DNA of 64,000 nt from Spirochaetaceae bacterium (GCA_020632655.1 JACKFD010000004.1:192427-256426), one strand, 5' to 3'. Counted from the first letter of the stretch, positions 22,683 to 36,017 are shown. Numbers and translations: made by a program. The notes: generated from the letters alone by a model not told the origin.

Positions 22683-23649
22683 TGCGCTCGGCCGCGGCCT
22701 TGGCGCCCTGATCTCGACCCCGACCCAACGAGCCGAACGTCGTCCCGCGGATGCCGCGAACGACCCGGGCCCGCCGACCCATCCGACCGACGGTCCGACA
22801 CAATCGAGTGTCACTCCCACGGCGAGTCCGGCGCCGCGGGGCCCGCAGCAGCTCGAGATCGCGCGGATCGATCCGAATCCGGATCAGCCCCGCCGCGAGT
22901 TCGATCCCCAGGCCCTCGACCAGCTCGCGCGGTCGATCGCACAGCACGGCGTGCTCCAGCCCGTCGTCGTGCGGCAGGCCGGCACCCGCTACGAGCTCGT
23001 CATGGGCGAGCGCCGCTACCGCGCGAGCCAGCTCGCCGGTCGCGCCACGATCCCCGCGGTCGTGCTCGACGTCGATCCCGCCGACCGCCTCGAGCTCGCG
23101 ATCGTCGAGAACGTCCAACGCCAGGACCTGAATCCGATCGAGCTGGCCCACGCCTACCAGGCGCTCGCCGATGCGGGGCATACCCAGGAGGAGATCGGGC
23201 GGAAGGTCGCGATGGACCGGTCGTCCATCGCCAACCACATCCGTCTCCTCGACCTCGGACGGAGCATCCAGGCCGACGTCGAGGCAGGGCGCATCAGCAT
23301 GGGCCACGCGAAGGCCCTGCTGCAGCTCGATGAGCCGGCGGCCCGCGAGGCGCTCCGGGATCGCATCCTCAAGGAAGGCCTCTCCGTGCGCGCCACGGAG
23401 AAGGCGGCGCGCGAGCAGGCCGGGGGCGGCAAGGGCCGGGCGTCCAGCGCGGGCGATGGCCGCGCCGCCGCGCCGGCCCTCGACCCGGATACCCGGGCCT
23501 TCCTCGAGCGCATCGAGCGCCATCTGCAGACGCGGGTGAAGCTGCATCCCGGATCGGGCGGCGCCGGCCGCCTCGAGATCAGCTACTTCAACCTCGAGGA
23601 CCTGGAACGCCTCGGGGACCTGCTGATGGGAGGCGACACCCTGCCGTGA
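22666..23649 (+). CDS. parB: Chromosome partitioning protein ParB/Spo0J
   Basis: PNPDQPRREFD, GVLQPVVVR and ELVMGERRYRAS (GERRxRA box), plus an HTH region. Confidence 0.95.
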   Translation: MSQRRSALGRGLGALISTPTQRAERRPADAANDPGPPTHPTDGPTQSSVTPTASPAPRGPQQLEIARIDPNPDQPRREFDPQALDQLARSIAQHGVLQPVVVRQAGTRYELVMGERRYRASQLAGRATIPAVVLDVDPADRLELAIVENVQRQDLNPIELAHAYQALADAGHTQEEIGRKVAMDRSSIANHIRLLDLGRSIQADVEAGRISMGHAKALLQLDEPAAREALRDRILKEGLSVRATEKAAREQAGGGKGRASSAGDGRAAAPALDPDTRAFLERIERHLQTRVKLHPGSGGAGRLEISYFNLEDLERLGDLLMGGDTLP

Positions 23650-24095
23650 CGCTCCACGATCCCTTCTACGACGACGCCCACGCGCATCCGGACGAGAACG
23701 CCGCAGGTGGAGGCGGCTCGGCGCCCGAGCAGGAGTTCGGTGCGGCGATCGTCCGGCCCGCCACGGGCGGGTCCGACGCCCTCGTGCCGGCCGGTGGGGT
23801 CTTCGAGGGTCAGGTCGCGGTCGTTGCGGAGACCCGCGTCGAGGGCGTGGTGCGCGGCAGCCTGCGCGGGCCGGGCTCGCTGATCCTGGGAGAGGATGCC
23901 CACGTCGAGGGTCTGATCGACTGCGAGGGGCTCGCGAGTCGCGGACGCATCATGGGCCCCGTCAGCGTCCGTCGCCGCGTCCATCTCGCCGGCACCGCCC
24001 GCCTCGAGGGCGACGTCGAAGCGCCGGCCGTACGCATCGAAGACGAGGCGGTCTGGATCGGTCGAGCACGGATCGGCCGACCCCCGAAGCCCTAG
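23646..24095 (+). CDS. Bactofilin-like polymer-forming cytoskeletal protein
   Basis: Repetitive beta-helix-type pattern GVFEGQVAVVAETRVEGVVRGSLRGPGSLILGEDAHVEGLIDCEGLASRGRIMGPVSVRRRVHLAGTARLEGDVEAPAVRIED. The GTG start overlaps the parB stop (GTGA). Confidence 0.75.
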   Translation: MTLHDPFYDDAHAHPDENAAGGGGSAPEQEFGAAIVRPATGGSDALVPAGGVFEGQVAVVAETRVEGVVRGSLRGPGSLILGEDAHVEGLIDCEGLASRGRIMGPVSVRRRVHLAGTARLEGDVEAPAVRIEDEAVWIGRARIGRPPKP

Positions 24096-24691
24096 CCGGA
24101 ATCCGCCCGCTCGCGTCCCGCGCCGTCCCGCCGGCCAGGTGTCGGCCGATCGACCGCCCCGACGCGCTCAGCCTCGATCGATTCCACCGACTCGCGTACG
24201 AGCCGCCACGCAGCGGTTGAATCGCGCCGCGCCGGATGCAAGACTTGGCGCCGCTCGAGCCCACCCCATCCCTCCGCCTCGGAGCGCGGGGCGCGGCCCG
24301 GGCCCGTGCCGTCCAGTCAACAAATCGTTGCGTCCCGCTCCGAGACCGGGTCTTTCGTGCTACCCGATCCGGGTCGAAGCAGGCGCTCGACCGGTCCGGT
24401 CACGCGCCGTGTCCTCCCGAAGAGATCCCTCGATCCGAACGCGGGCATCCGATGCGATCCCGCCCGGCAGCTGAGCGGACGGGTCACGACGCGCGAGCGC
24501 GACGTGGGGTCGTGACGGGTCGATTGCGATCGACCCGATGCGATGGGCGGCGCGCAACGACCGGGCGAACGCCGAGCCGGATCGACCGACGACGTCAGGC
24601 GGGAATCGAAACGGGGCAGGTTCGGCGCGGACCCGCCTGGAGCAAGGACCTCGTGCGAGAGAGAAACCAATCCGGCCTCGCGGCCACGACG

Positions 24692-25240
24692 ATGCGATCG
24701 CGAAGCCTGGCGGCCGCCTCGCTGATCGCCGCCGCTGCGCTCGTCGCGCAGCCGACGCAAGCCTCCGAGAACCTCGTCCTCATCCCCGATGCGAATCTCT
24801 TCGGCCTCTTCGGTCTCGGTGAGGGTCTCGGCGCCCTTTGGATCATGCTGATCGGCTTCGTCGTGCTGATCTTCCCGCTCAACCAGCTCATCTTCAAACC
24901 GATCTTCGCTGCCCTCGACGCGCGCGCGGCGCGTATCCAGGGCGCCCGCGAACGATCCGCGCAGCTCGAGCGCGACGCCGACGCCGTACTCGATCGCTAC
25001 GAGACGGCGATCCGCGAGGCCCGCTCCGAGAGCGAGGCGGCGAGGCAGCATCAGCTCGGTCGCGCGCGCGAAGAGCAGATCGCGCTGACGACGCAGGCAC
25101 GCAGCGAGGCGGAACGCGAGATCGAGCGCGCGCGCAACGATCTCGGCCGATCCCTCGAAGACGCCCGCGCGACGCTGCGCGCGAGCGCAGAAGACCTCGC
25201 GCGTGCGGCGGCGGAGCGGGTGCTCGGGAGGGCGCTGTGA
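24692..25240 (+). CDS. F0F1 ATP synthase subunit b'
   Basis: One N-terminal TM segment (LWIMLIGFVVLIFPLNQLIFKPI) followed by a long charged coiled coil. First of two b-type genes before atpH. The ATG at 24692 lies inside a longer track ORF. Confidence 0.8.
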   Translation: MRSRSLAAASLIAAAALVAQPTQASENLVLIPDANLFGLFGLGEGLGALWIMLIGFVVLIFPLNQLIFKPIFAALDARAARIQGARERSAQLERDADAVLDRYETAIREARSESEAARQHQLGRAREEQIALTTQARSEAEREIERARNDLGRSLEDARATLRASAEDLARAAAERVLGRAL

Positions 25241-25878
25241 ACTCTTCCCCTCGACGGATCCCCGACCGCGCTCGCCTCGTCGTGCGATCGACGTACGTGC
25301 TGCTCGTCCAGCCGCTCCTCGCGCTGGTCGCGACGACGGCCTTCGCGGCCGGCGGCGGTGAAGGACACGACGCGACGATGGAGACGATCTGGCAGGCCGT
25401 GAACCTCGCGCTCGTGCTAGGCGTGATCGTCTACTTCGGGCGCAAGCCGATCGCGGACTTCTTCGCCACGCGCCGCACTGCGATCCAGACCGACCTCGGT
25501 CAGGCGGCCGAGCTCCTCGCCAAGGCCGAGCAGCGGAACGCCGAGCTCCAGCGCCGCCTCGTCGACCTCTCCTCCGAGGTCGAGGACATCCGCGAGGCCG
25601 CCACCCGCCGTGCGGAGCAGGAGGCCGAGCGCATCCTCTCCGACGCCCGTGCGGCGGCCGAGCGCATCCGCCGCGATGCCCAGGCCGCGGTCGACCAGGA
25701 GCTGCGACGCGCGCAGAAGAAGCTGCGCGAGGAGGCGGCGGATCTGGCGGTCGAGCTCGCGGCCAGCAAGCTGCGCGAGCAGGTCGGCTCGAGCGATCGC
25801 GAGCGACTGATCGACGAGTTCATCACCCACGTCGAGCCGTCCGCGGGCGGCCCCGTCGCCGGAGGTGCGAACCGATGA
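25237..25878 (+). CDS. atpF: F0F1 ATP synthase subunit b
   Basis: TM segment (WQAVNLALVLGVIVYFGRKPIADFF) plus coiled coil. The GTG at 25237 overlaps the b' stop. A later ATG (METIW) is an alternative start. Confidence 0.82.
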   Translation: MNSSPRRIPDRARLVVRSTYVLLVQPLLALVATTAFAAGGGEGHDATMETIWQAVNLALVLGVIVYFGRKPIADFFATRRTAIQTDLGQAAELLAKAEQRNAELQRRLVDLSSEVEDIREAATRRAEQEAERILSDARAAAERIRRDAQAAVDQELRRAQKKLREEAADLAVELAASKLREQVGSSDRERLIDEFITHVEPSAGGPVAGGANR

Positions 25879-26417
25879 GGGGTGGAACGGCAGCCCATCG
25901 TTATGCGAAGGCCCTCTTCGGCCTCGCCCAGGACGACCGCCGGCATCGCGAGGTCCGCACGGAGCTCGAAGGCCTGCACTCGCTCTTCACGGAGAGCCGC
26001 GAGCTGCGGGACGCGCTGCTCACGCCGCTGCATCCGGCGAGCGAGCGCAAGGCGGCACTGCGCGAGATCGCGACCCGCGCCGGCGTCAGCCCGCTGGTCC
26101 GCAACTTCGTCTCCTACCTGATCGACCAGCGACGCCTCATCGACTTCAGCGCGATCGTCGAGGCCTACCGCGAGCTGGCGGATGACGCCGAGGGCCTCGT
26201 GACGGCGCGCGTCGTGACGGCGAGCCCGCTCGACGAGCGCCGCCAGGACCGGCTGCGCCGGGCGCTCAGCGCGCGCACGGGGCAGGAGGTCCGGCTCCAG
26301 ATCGAGATCGACGAGAGCCTGATCGGCGGGGCGATCGCACAGATCGGCGATCTCGTCTTCGACGGCAGCCTGCGCACGCAGCTCGGGCAGCTGCGGTCGA
26401 CGCTGACGCGCGACTGA
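25875..26417 (+). CDS. atpH: F0F1 ATP synthase subunit delta (OSCP)
   Basis: AHRYAKALFGLA N-terminus and IGGAIAQIGDLVFDGSLRTQL C-terminus. ATGA overlap with atpF. Confidence 0.9.
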   Translation: MRGGTAAHRYAKALFGLAQDDRRHREVRTELEGLHSLFTESRELRDALLTPLHPASERKAALREIATRAGVSPLVRNFVSYLIDQRRLIDFSAIVEAYRELADDAEGLVTARVVTASPLDERRQDRLRRALSARTGQEVRLQIEIDESLIGGAIAQIGDLVFDGSLRTQLGQLRSTLTRD

Positions 26418-26599
26418 GCCCGGGCGCGAGCCCGCGAGCGGCGGTCCGGAAGGGGCGCACGGCTCGCCGGGGCGGGATCGAAGCGGTCGGGCGCGAGGGC
26501 GACCCGGCGATGGAACGAAGCGAACGAGACCGCGGCTCTGGACCGCGGACGAACACGACGAACGAATCCGCGAAGAGCGCGACGAAGGGATCCTGAGCG

Positions 26600-28150
<1,551 letters not shown>

Positions 28151-28153
28151 CCC

Positions 28154-29030
28154 GTGGCGAATCTGCGAGACATCAAGCGACGCATCGGCAGCGTCCAGTC
28201 GACCCAGAAGATCACCTCCGCCATGAAGATGGTGGCGGCGGCGAAGCTGCGGCGTGCCCAGGAGGCGATCGAGGATGCGCGGCCCTACGCCGTGCGCATG
28301 CGATCGACCCTCGAGCAGGTCTCCCAGGGCGTGCTCGAGGAGACCCATCCGCTGCTGGAGGTCCACGAGGATCGCCGCAGCCTCGAGGTCGTGGTCATCA
28401 CCTCGGATCGCGGTCTGGCCGCGGCCTTCAATGCGAATGCGATCAAGGCGGCGGAGCGCATCCTCGCCAAGCGTGGCGCGGAGTTCGTCGAGGTCGGGCT
28501 GACGCTGCTGGGCAAGAAGGCGGTCGACCACTTCAAGCGTCACCGCGCGAAGCAGATCACATACGCCTCGCCGATCGGCGGCGACGTGACGTACCAGAAG
28601 GCCGCCGACGTCGCCCGGGAGCTTGCGCGACGGTACGAGGCCGGTGACGTCGACGAGGTCGTGCTCGTGTTCAACGAGTTCGTCTCGACGATGACCCAGA
28701 CGCCCCGCGTCTCGCAGCTACTGCCCTTCGAGCCGCCCAAGGCCGACGGGGCGGAGGCGGTCGCCGAGGAGGCCTCGGCCTACGAGATCGAGCCCGATCC
28801 CGAGGCGCTGCTCGCGGCGTTGGTGCCGAAGGCGGTCGAGGTCGAGGTCTTCCGTGCGCTGCTCGAGAACCAGGCGGGCGAGCACGCGGCCCGCATGACG
28901 GCGATGGAGTCGGCGACCAAGAACACGGAGGAGCTGATCGAGAAGCTCACCCTCCAGTACAACCGCGCACGACAGGCCGCGATCACGGGCGAGCTGGTGG
29001 AAATCGTCACGGGGGCGCAGGCGTTGGACT

Positions 29031-29032
<2 letters not shown>
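28154..29032 (+). CDS. atpG: F0F1 ATP synthase subunit gamma
   Basis: MANLRDIKRRIGSVQSTQKITSAMKMVAAAKLRRAQ and C-terminal RQAAITGELVEIVTGAQAL. Confidence 0.96.
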
Positions 29033-30641
<1,609 letters not shown>

Positions 30642-30665
30642 GCGCGGGCCGGGGAGACGCGAATC

Positions 30666-31076
30666 ATGGCACTCGAGCTGGTGGTCGTGACGCCCGAGGG
30701 CGAGGCGCTCTCGGAGACGGTCGAGCAGGTCGTGCTGCCCGGTGAGGCCGGGGAGTTCGGTGTGCTCGAGAGCCACGAGCGCTTCCTGACGCCGCTCTCG
30801 CCGGGGCCGATGCAGATCGTGCGCGGCGGTGCGAATCGCGAGTGGGCGGCGATCTCGAGCGGCTTCGCCGAGGTCGACGGGGCGCACGTGGTCGTGCTCG
30901 TGGACCGCTGTCGGCGGGCCTCGGAGATCGATCACGCCGAGACCGAGGCGCGGCGGGTCGAGGCGGCGGACGCACTCGCGGCGCTGCCCGAGGACGAGGA
31001 GCACGCGGGAGAGCGACTGCGCCTTGCGGGCGTGGTCGCGACGGCGGAGCTCGAGCTGGACGTCGTCGGGCGCTAG
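30666..31076 (+). CDS. atpC: F0F1 ATP synthase subunit epsilon
   Basis: LELVVVTPEG...VVLPGEAGEFGVLESHERFLTPL. Confidence 0.93.
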   Translation: MALELVVVTPEGEALSETVEQVVLPGEAGEFGVLESHERFLTPLSPGPMQIVRGGANREWAAISSGFAEVDGAHVVVLVDRCRRASEIDHAETEARRVEAADALAALPEDEEHAGERLRLAGVVATAELELDVVGR

Positions 31077-31190
31077 TCGGGCGGCGGTCGGGCGCAGGCC
31101 CGGCCGGATGTCGATCGGGTCACGACGCGACGCACGGCGCACGGGGGCGTCTTCGGCGGGCGCGGCGCTCGGACGCGGAGGAGGGCGGAG

Positions 31191-31997
31191 ATGCGGCTGC
31201 ATCGGGACCGCTTTCCGGGCGATCCCCGACTCGATACGGCCGTCTCCCACGCGATGCTGCGCCGGGTCGCGGCGGGGCGTGCCGAGGAGAGCCTGCGGCT
31301 CTATCGGCCGGATGACGCGATGCTCTTCTCGAGTCTCGACGCGCGTCGACCGGGCTATGCGCGGGCCGTCGGGATCGCGCGCGAGCTCGGCTTCGAGCCC
31401 GTGACGCGGCTCGCCGGGGGGCATGCGGCGGCCTTCCTCGACGCGTCGATGGCCTTCGCCTGGGCAACGCCCGATGCGGACGCGCGCCAGGGCATCCGCG
31501 CGCGCTTCGAGCGGCTTTCGGGCTGGATCGCCGAGGCGCTCCGACGGCTGGGACTCGACGCGCGCGTCGGTGCCGTGCCCGGCGAGTACTGTCCGGGCGA
31601 ATTCAGCGTCAATCTCGAAGGCCGCGTCAAGGTCATGGGCGTCGGCCAGCGCGTCATCCGCGGCGGCGCGCACGTGGGCGGTGTGCTGACGGTCGGACGG
31701 ACCGACGCGCTGCGTGCTGCGCTCGTTCCCGTCTACGACGCACTCGAGATCGAGTTCCGACCCGAGACCGCGGGCGGCGTCGCGGACTTCGCGCCCGGGC
31801 TCGAGCCGGAGGACGTGATCGGGGCGCTGGTCGGCGTGCTTCGCAGCGAGGGGCTCGCGGTCGAGCCGGCCGCCTTCGATGACGCGATCACGGCCGAGGC
31901 CGAGTCGTTGCTCGCCCACCACGCGCCGATCACATCGCGCGTCGGACCGACCGCGCTGGCCGGTGGGAAGGCCCTGCTGCTCCACGACGATTCGTGA
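31191..31997 (+). CDS. Lipoate-protein ligase (LplA/LipB, biotin/lipoate A/B ligase) family protein
   Basis: LRLYRP...RLAGGHAAAF...PGEYCPGEFSVNLEGRVKVMGVGQR resembles the LplA-type catalytic domain. Recognised by eye. Confidence 0.65.
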   Translation: MRLHRDRFPGDPRLDTAVSHAMLRRVAAGRAEESLRLYRPDDAMLFSSLDARRPGYARAVGIARELGFEPVTRLAGGHAAAFLDASMAFAWATPDADARQGIRARFERLSGWIAEALRRLGLDARVGAVPGEYCPGEFSVNLEGRVKVMGVGQRVIRGGAHVGGVLTVGRTDALRAALVPVYDALEIEFRPETAGGVADFAPGLEPEDVIGALVGVLRSEGLAVEPAAFDDAITAEAESLLAHHAPITSRVGPTALAGGKALLLHDDS

Positions 31998-32070
31998 TCA
32001 CGAACGGCTGCTGTGGCATCGCGCCGCTGCGACTGCTTCCATTCGCCGATCCCCCGAAGAGGAGAAGCGC

Positions 32071-32604
32071 ATGACCCGACCGTCCGACCGATCCGTCCTC
32101 CGCCGCCCGATCCGGCGCGCCCTGCCCCTCGCGCTGGCCATCGCAATGGGCCTCGCGGGCGCCGCCGCCGTCCAGGCCGACCACCACGAGGGCGCTGTGG
32201 CGCTCAAGGCCGCGGAGCAGATCGCCTACCGCCAGTCGGTCATGTCGATCATCGGCACGCATATGGGCGCGATCGGCGACCTGATGAAGCACGGGCTCGC
32301 CGTGCCCGGCGCGATCGAGACCCACGCGAAGCTGATGGCGGAGAGCGCAGCACTCATCGCACCCGCCTTCCGCGCGAGGGTCACCGAGGGCGCGACCGAC
32401 GCGAAGCCCGAGATCTGGACCGACTGGACGAAGTTCCAGACCGAGATCGCCGAATACGAGGAGGCTGCGAACGCCCTCGCGAGCGCGGCGGCGAGCGGGG
32501 ACCCGGCGAAGATCGGACCCGCCATGAAGGCGCTCGGCGGCAGCTGCGGCGGCTGCCACAAGCCCTTCCGCAAGCCCAAGGAAGAGTCGTACAAGAACAA
32601 GTGA
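32071..32604 (+). CDS. Cytochrome c' / class II c-type cytochrome (four-helix bundle type)
   Basis: Signal peptide plus a single C-terminal haem motif CGGCHKPFRK. ~177 aa. ATG at 32071 preceded by GAGGAGAA. Confidence 0.8.
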   Translation: MTRPSDRSVLRRPIRRALPLALAIAMGLAGAAAVQADHHEGAVALKAAEQIAYRQSVMSIIGTHMGAIGDLMKHGLAVPGAIETHAKLMAESAALIAPAFRARVTEGATDAKPEIWTDWTKFQTEIAEYEEAANALASAAASGDPAKIGPAMKALGGSCGGCHKPFRKPKEESYKNK

Positions 32605-33578
32605 GCGTCGGGCATCACGTGCGCGTCGATCGGCGCTCGGGGAGCCATCGCGCGGCCATTCTGGCGTTGGCGCTCGCGTTCGGGCTCGTGCTCGCCTCAG
32701 GGCTCGCGCTGCACGCGTCGTCCGCTCGTGCCCAGGCACCCGGGTCGGCACCCGACGCGCAGGCCATCGAACGCGGTCGGCAGGTGCTCTACGCGACCGG
32801 CGGCTGCACCTGCCACACGAACTACCCCGGCGAGGGCGAGGCCGCGCCCGCGCTCGCCGGGGGACGCGGTCTCGAGACGCCCTTCGGCGTCTTCTACAGC
32901 ACGAATCTCACGCCCGATCGCGAGACCGGGCTCGGCGGCTGGAGCCAGGCGGACTTCGTGCGCGCGATGCGCGAGGGGCTCTCGCCCGACGGTCAGCACT
33001 ACTTCCCCGTCTTTCCGTACACGGCGTTCTCGGGCCTCGAGGACGGGGACCTGCGCGATCTCTGGGCGTATCTGCGATCCCTGCCCGCCGTGAAGCGGGA
33101 GAACCGCCCGCCGGACGCGCCCTTTCCATTCTCCTGGCGCGCGACGCTCGCGGGCTGGAAGTGGCTGAACTTCACGCCGCTCGTCTTCGAGCCGGCGCCC
33201 GATCGGAGCGAGGCCTGGCTTCGCGGCCGCTACCTCGTGAACGCGGCGGCGCATTGCGGCGAGTGCCATACGCCGCGCACGCTGACCGGCGGACTCGACC
33301 GATCGCGCTGGCTCGCGGGCTCGCGCGACGGACCCGAGGGCGAGCTCGCGCCCAACATCACGCCCGATGCGGCGACGGGGATCGGCGAGTGGGATGCGGC
33401 CGACCTCGTCTGGTATCTCGAGATGGGTCTCAAGCCCGACGGCGACGATACGCAGGGCCTGATGAGCGAGGTGATCGAGCACGGCTACGCGAACCTGCCG
33501 CGCGCGGACCTCGAGGCGATCGCGGAGTACCTCGCGACGGTGCCGGCGATCGGGAATCGGGTACGCGCGGCAGACTGA
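32601..33578 (+). CDS. Dihaem c-type cytochrome
   Basis: Two CxxCH motifs (GGCTCHTN and AHCGECHTP) and an N-terminal TM/signal segment. The GTG at 32601 overlaps the upstream stop. Confidence 0.8.
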   Translation: MSVGHHVRVDRRSGSHRAAILALALAFGLVLASGLALHASSARAQAPGSAPDAQAIERGRQVLYATGGCTCHTNYPGEGEAAPALAGGRGLETPFGVFYSTNLTPDRETGLGGWSQADFVRAMREGLSPDGQHYFPVFPYTAFSGLEDGDLRDLWAYLRSLPAVKRENRPPDAPFPFSWRATLAGWKWLNFTPLVFEPAPDRSEAWLRGRYLVNAAAHCGECHTPRTLTGGLDRSRWLAGSRDGPEGELAPNITPDAATGIGEWDAADLVWYLEMGLKPDGDDTQGLMSEVIEHGYANLPRADLEAIAEYLATVPAIGNRVRAAD

Positions 33579-33632
33579 CGCCAGAACTCGGCGCTCGCGC
33601 GGATGGCGGCCTCGTCGAAGGACCCGCTCCCG

Positions 33633-36017
33633 TCAGAGATTCTTGTACCGCCCCAGGTCGTAGATCGCCCCCTCCGTCGGCATCCGCTGTCTCACGTCCG
33701 CGTGGATCCAGTCGAGCAGCGGCCAGAAGCGTGGATCCGTCCGCCGAATGCCGAAGCGCGCGACGAGTGCGCGCATCGCCGCCGCGTCATGCACGCCGAG
33801 GAGCTGCTCCCGGAACGCGCCGAGCTCCTCCGCCGCGACGTCGAAGAAGAAGTTCGGATAGCTGCCGAGGGTGCCGGCGAAGAGGGTGACCTCGTCGAGC
33901 TCGGGCTGCAGTCGATCCTTTTCGCCGAACATCGACGCGACGTTCGTATGCGCGACGTCATGGGTCAGCGTGTAGACGTGACCGCGCTCGGGATCGTCGT
34001 CCGCGTGCACGCGCAGCCAGCTCACCTCGGGCAGATGCCGCACCCAGTCCCCCCGCCGTCCCGCGAGCGGCCGCAGGCCCGCATCCGCCTGCTCGGCGAG
34101 CGCGTCCGTCCCGGGCCGCAGGCAGTCCGATCCGTCGCAGCGATTGAGCAGGTCGTCGGGACCGGCGGCCTCCGGACTCCGTGCGCGCACCTGCGCGAAG
34201 AGCTCCTCGACGTAACGATCGGTCTCGAAGCGCACGCGCGTCCCGTGGCCCTCGCTGATCGGCCGGTTCACGAAGTGGTGGATCTCGTCCGTCGCGCCCT
34301 CGTACCAGGCGTCGCGCAGGGGCTGGCGCGCGGACTCGGGCAGGAACGCGAGCAGGACGTTCTCGCTCTGCATGCGCAGGTGGTCCATGTAGAGGCGGGT
34401 CGCGACCTGATGACCGAGGTTGCCGAAGACGTCGAAGCCGGCGACGAGGTCGTAGTAGATGCGCTCGAAGATCGGGTAGTCCATCACCCAGGCGGTCTCG
34501 GGCGGCGTGCCGATCAGACCGCGCTCGACGCTCGCGTTGTCGAAGTGCCGCCAGACGGTGAGCAGCGCATCGCGATCGTGCCCGTCGCCGTCCCAGATCG
34601 CCTCGAGCGGCGGACCCCGGCGCCTCGCGTCGAACGCCTCGTAGAGCTCCTCGCGTACGTCGAGATAGCGCCGCTGGTTCGCGGTGTGCTTGGCCCAGAG
34701 GCCTTCACCCGGGATCGCGAGGCTGCCGTCCTCCGCCGGGAGATCGAGCAGGGCCTTCGTGCGTTCGAGGTAGCGCGGGTCGTTGACGGAGAGGTCCCAG
34801 TCGGGGTCGAGGAAGGCGACCCAGAAGCGATCCTCGATCACGTCGACGGCGACCTGGCCGTGGCAGACGGGGCCGCGGATGAAGGTCGCGACGAAGTGGC
34901 GCGCGTCGTCGAGCAGGAACTGGTAGCGGGAGCGCGCGGGGATCGCGTCGAAGGTCTCGAAGGGGTTCGAGGCCTTCGCATGTCCGTAGGGCGGAAAGAC
35001 CTTGGCACTCCACTCGGGCTCGAGGAAGAGCGCACGCAGGCGCTCGAGCCGCTCGGGGCCGATCGGGTAGACGATATGCGTCTTGTGCACGAGGGTGTCG
35101 TCGATGCGCACGAGCCGGTACCAGAAGCGCGCTTCGCCCGGGTCGTCGTAGGGGCGGCGGGTGGCGATCTCGCGGGTCGGCTGGCCGGGCGGGGTCGACG
35201 AGCGGACGAGGCGGAAGAAGGGGCCGCTCGCGTGGGCCTCGAAGTAGAGGTGCGTGACGAACCAATGCTCGTAGAGGTAGCGGGCCGTGATGCGCTCGCG
35301 GAGCGAGTCGCCGTTCAGGAAGCGCTCCCAGCTCTCGACCTCGCGCGCGACGGCGGGATCGAGCGGGGCGCGCGGCGCGACGGAGGGTGCGCCCTCGCCG
35401 AGCCATGCGACGAGATCCGCGTACTCACCCTCGGCGAGCGGCGTCAGGCCGTAGGGCATGCCGCCGAGCGGATGCTCGTCGACGTAGGCCTCGAAGCGAT
35501 CGGCGACGGGGCAGGCGAGCTTGCGGTCGAGCGCGAGCGGGAAGTCTTCGGGCAGGCGTTCGCCGGGTGCGAGATGCGCGCTGCGACCGAGCGCAAGCAT
35601 GCGACCCATCACGCCGTCCGCGGTGCCCGCCGGTCCGTGCACCACGTCGTGGAAGCCGAGCGCCCGCCAGCCCGGCTCGTCGTGGGCGTCGACGTGGAGC
35701 CGGGTCGTGCGCTGCGGCGTCAGGCGCTTCGCGTCGTAGACCGCGTCGGGGCTCGCGCCACGGTTCACGCCTTCGGCGGAGCCGAGCTGCAGCTGGCAGG
35801 GCGCGTCGTAGCACGCGTGACACACGACGCAGCGATGGTCGAGGACCCAGCGCGCGTCGTGCTCCTCGGCGACGACCGTCCGGGCGACGACGGCCTCCGC
35901 GGCGTCCTCGGGCGAAGATGCGTCGTCGCGTCGACAGGCGATCAGGAAGAGGGACGCGGCGGAGAGCATGGCGACCGCGACGAGCGTCGCGCGGTCGAGC
36001 CGGAACGGAATGGACAT
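33633..36017 (-). CDS. cti: Fatty acid cis/trans isomerase (Cti family), periplasmic haem protein
   Basis: 794 aa with a signal peptide and the N-terminal haem site HRCVVCHACYDAPCQLQL. Overall resemblance to Pseudomonas/Vibrio Cti. Confidence 0.8.
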   Translation of the reverse strand: MSIPFRLDRATLVAVAMLSAASLFLIACRRDDASSPEDAAEAVVARTVVAEEHDARWVLDHRCVVCHACYDAPCQLQLGSAEGVNRGASPDAVYDAKRLTPQRTTRLHVDAHDEPGWRALGFHDVVHGPAGTADGVMGRMLALGRSAHLAPGERLPEDFPLALDRKLACPVADRFEAYVDEHPLGGMPYGLTPLAEGEYADLVAWLGEGAPSVAPRAPLDPAVAREVESWERFLNGDSLRERITARYLYEHWFVTHLYFEAHASGPFFRLVRSSTPPGQPTREIATRRPYDDPGEARFWYRLVRIDDTLVHKTHIVYPIGPERLERLRALFLEPEWSAKVFPPYGHAKASNPFETFDAIPARSRYQFLLDDARHFVATFIRGPVCHGQVAVDVIEDRFWVAFLDPDWDLSVNDPRYLERTKALLDLPAEDGSLAIPGEGLWAKHTANQRRYLDVREELYEAFDARRRGPPLEAIWDGDGHDRDALLTVWRHFDNASVERGLIGTPPETAWVMDYPIFERIYYDLVAGFDVFGNLGHQVATRLYMDHLRMQSENVLLAFLPESARQPLRDAWYEGATDEIHHFVNRPISEGHGTRVRFETDRYVEELFAQVRARSPEAAGPDDLLNRCDGSDCLRPGTDALAEQADAGLRPLAGRRGDWVRHLPEVSWLRVHADDDPERGHVYTLTHDVAHTNVASMFGEKDRLQPELDEVTLFAGTLGSYPNFFFDVAAEELGAFREQLLGVHDAAAMRALVARFGIRRTDPRFWPLLDWIHADVRQRMPTEGAIYDLGRYKNL

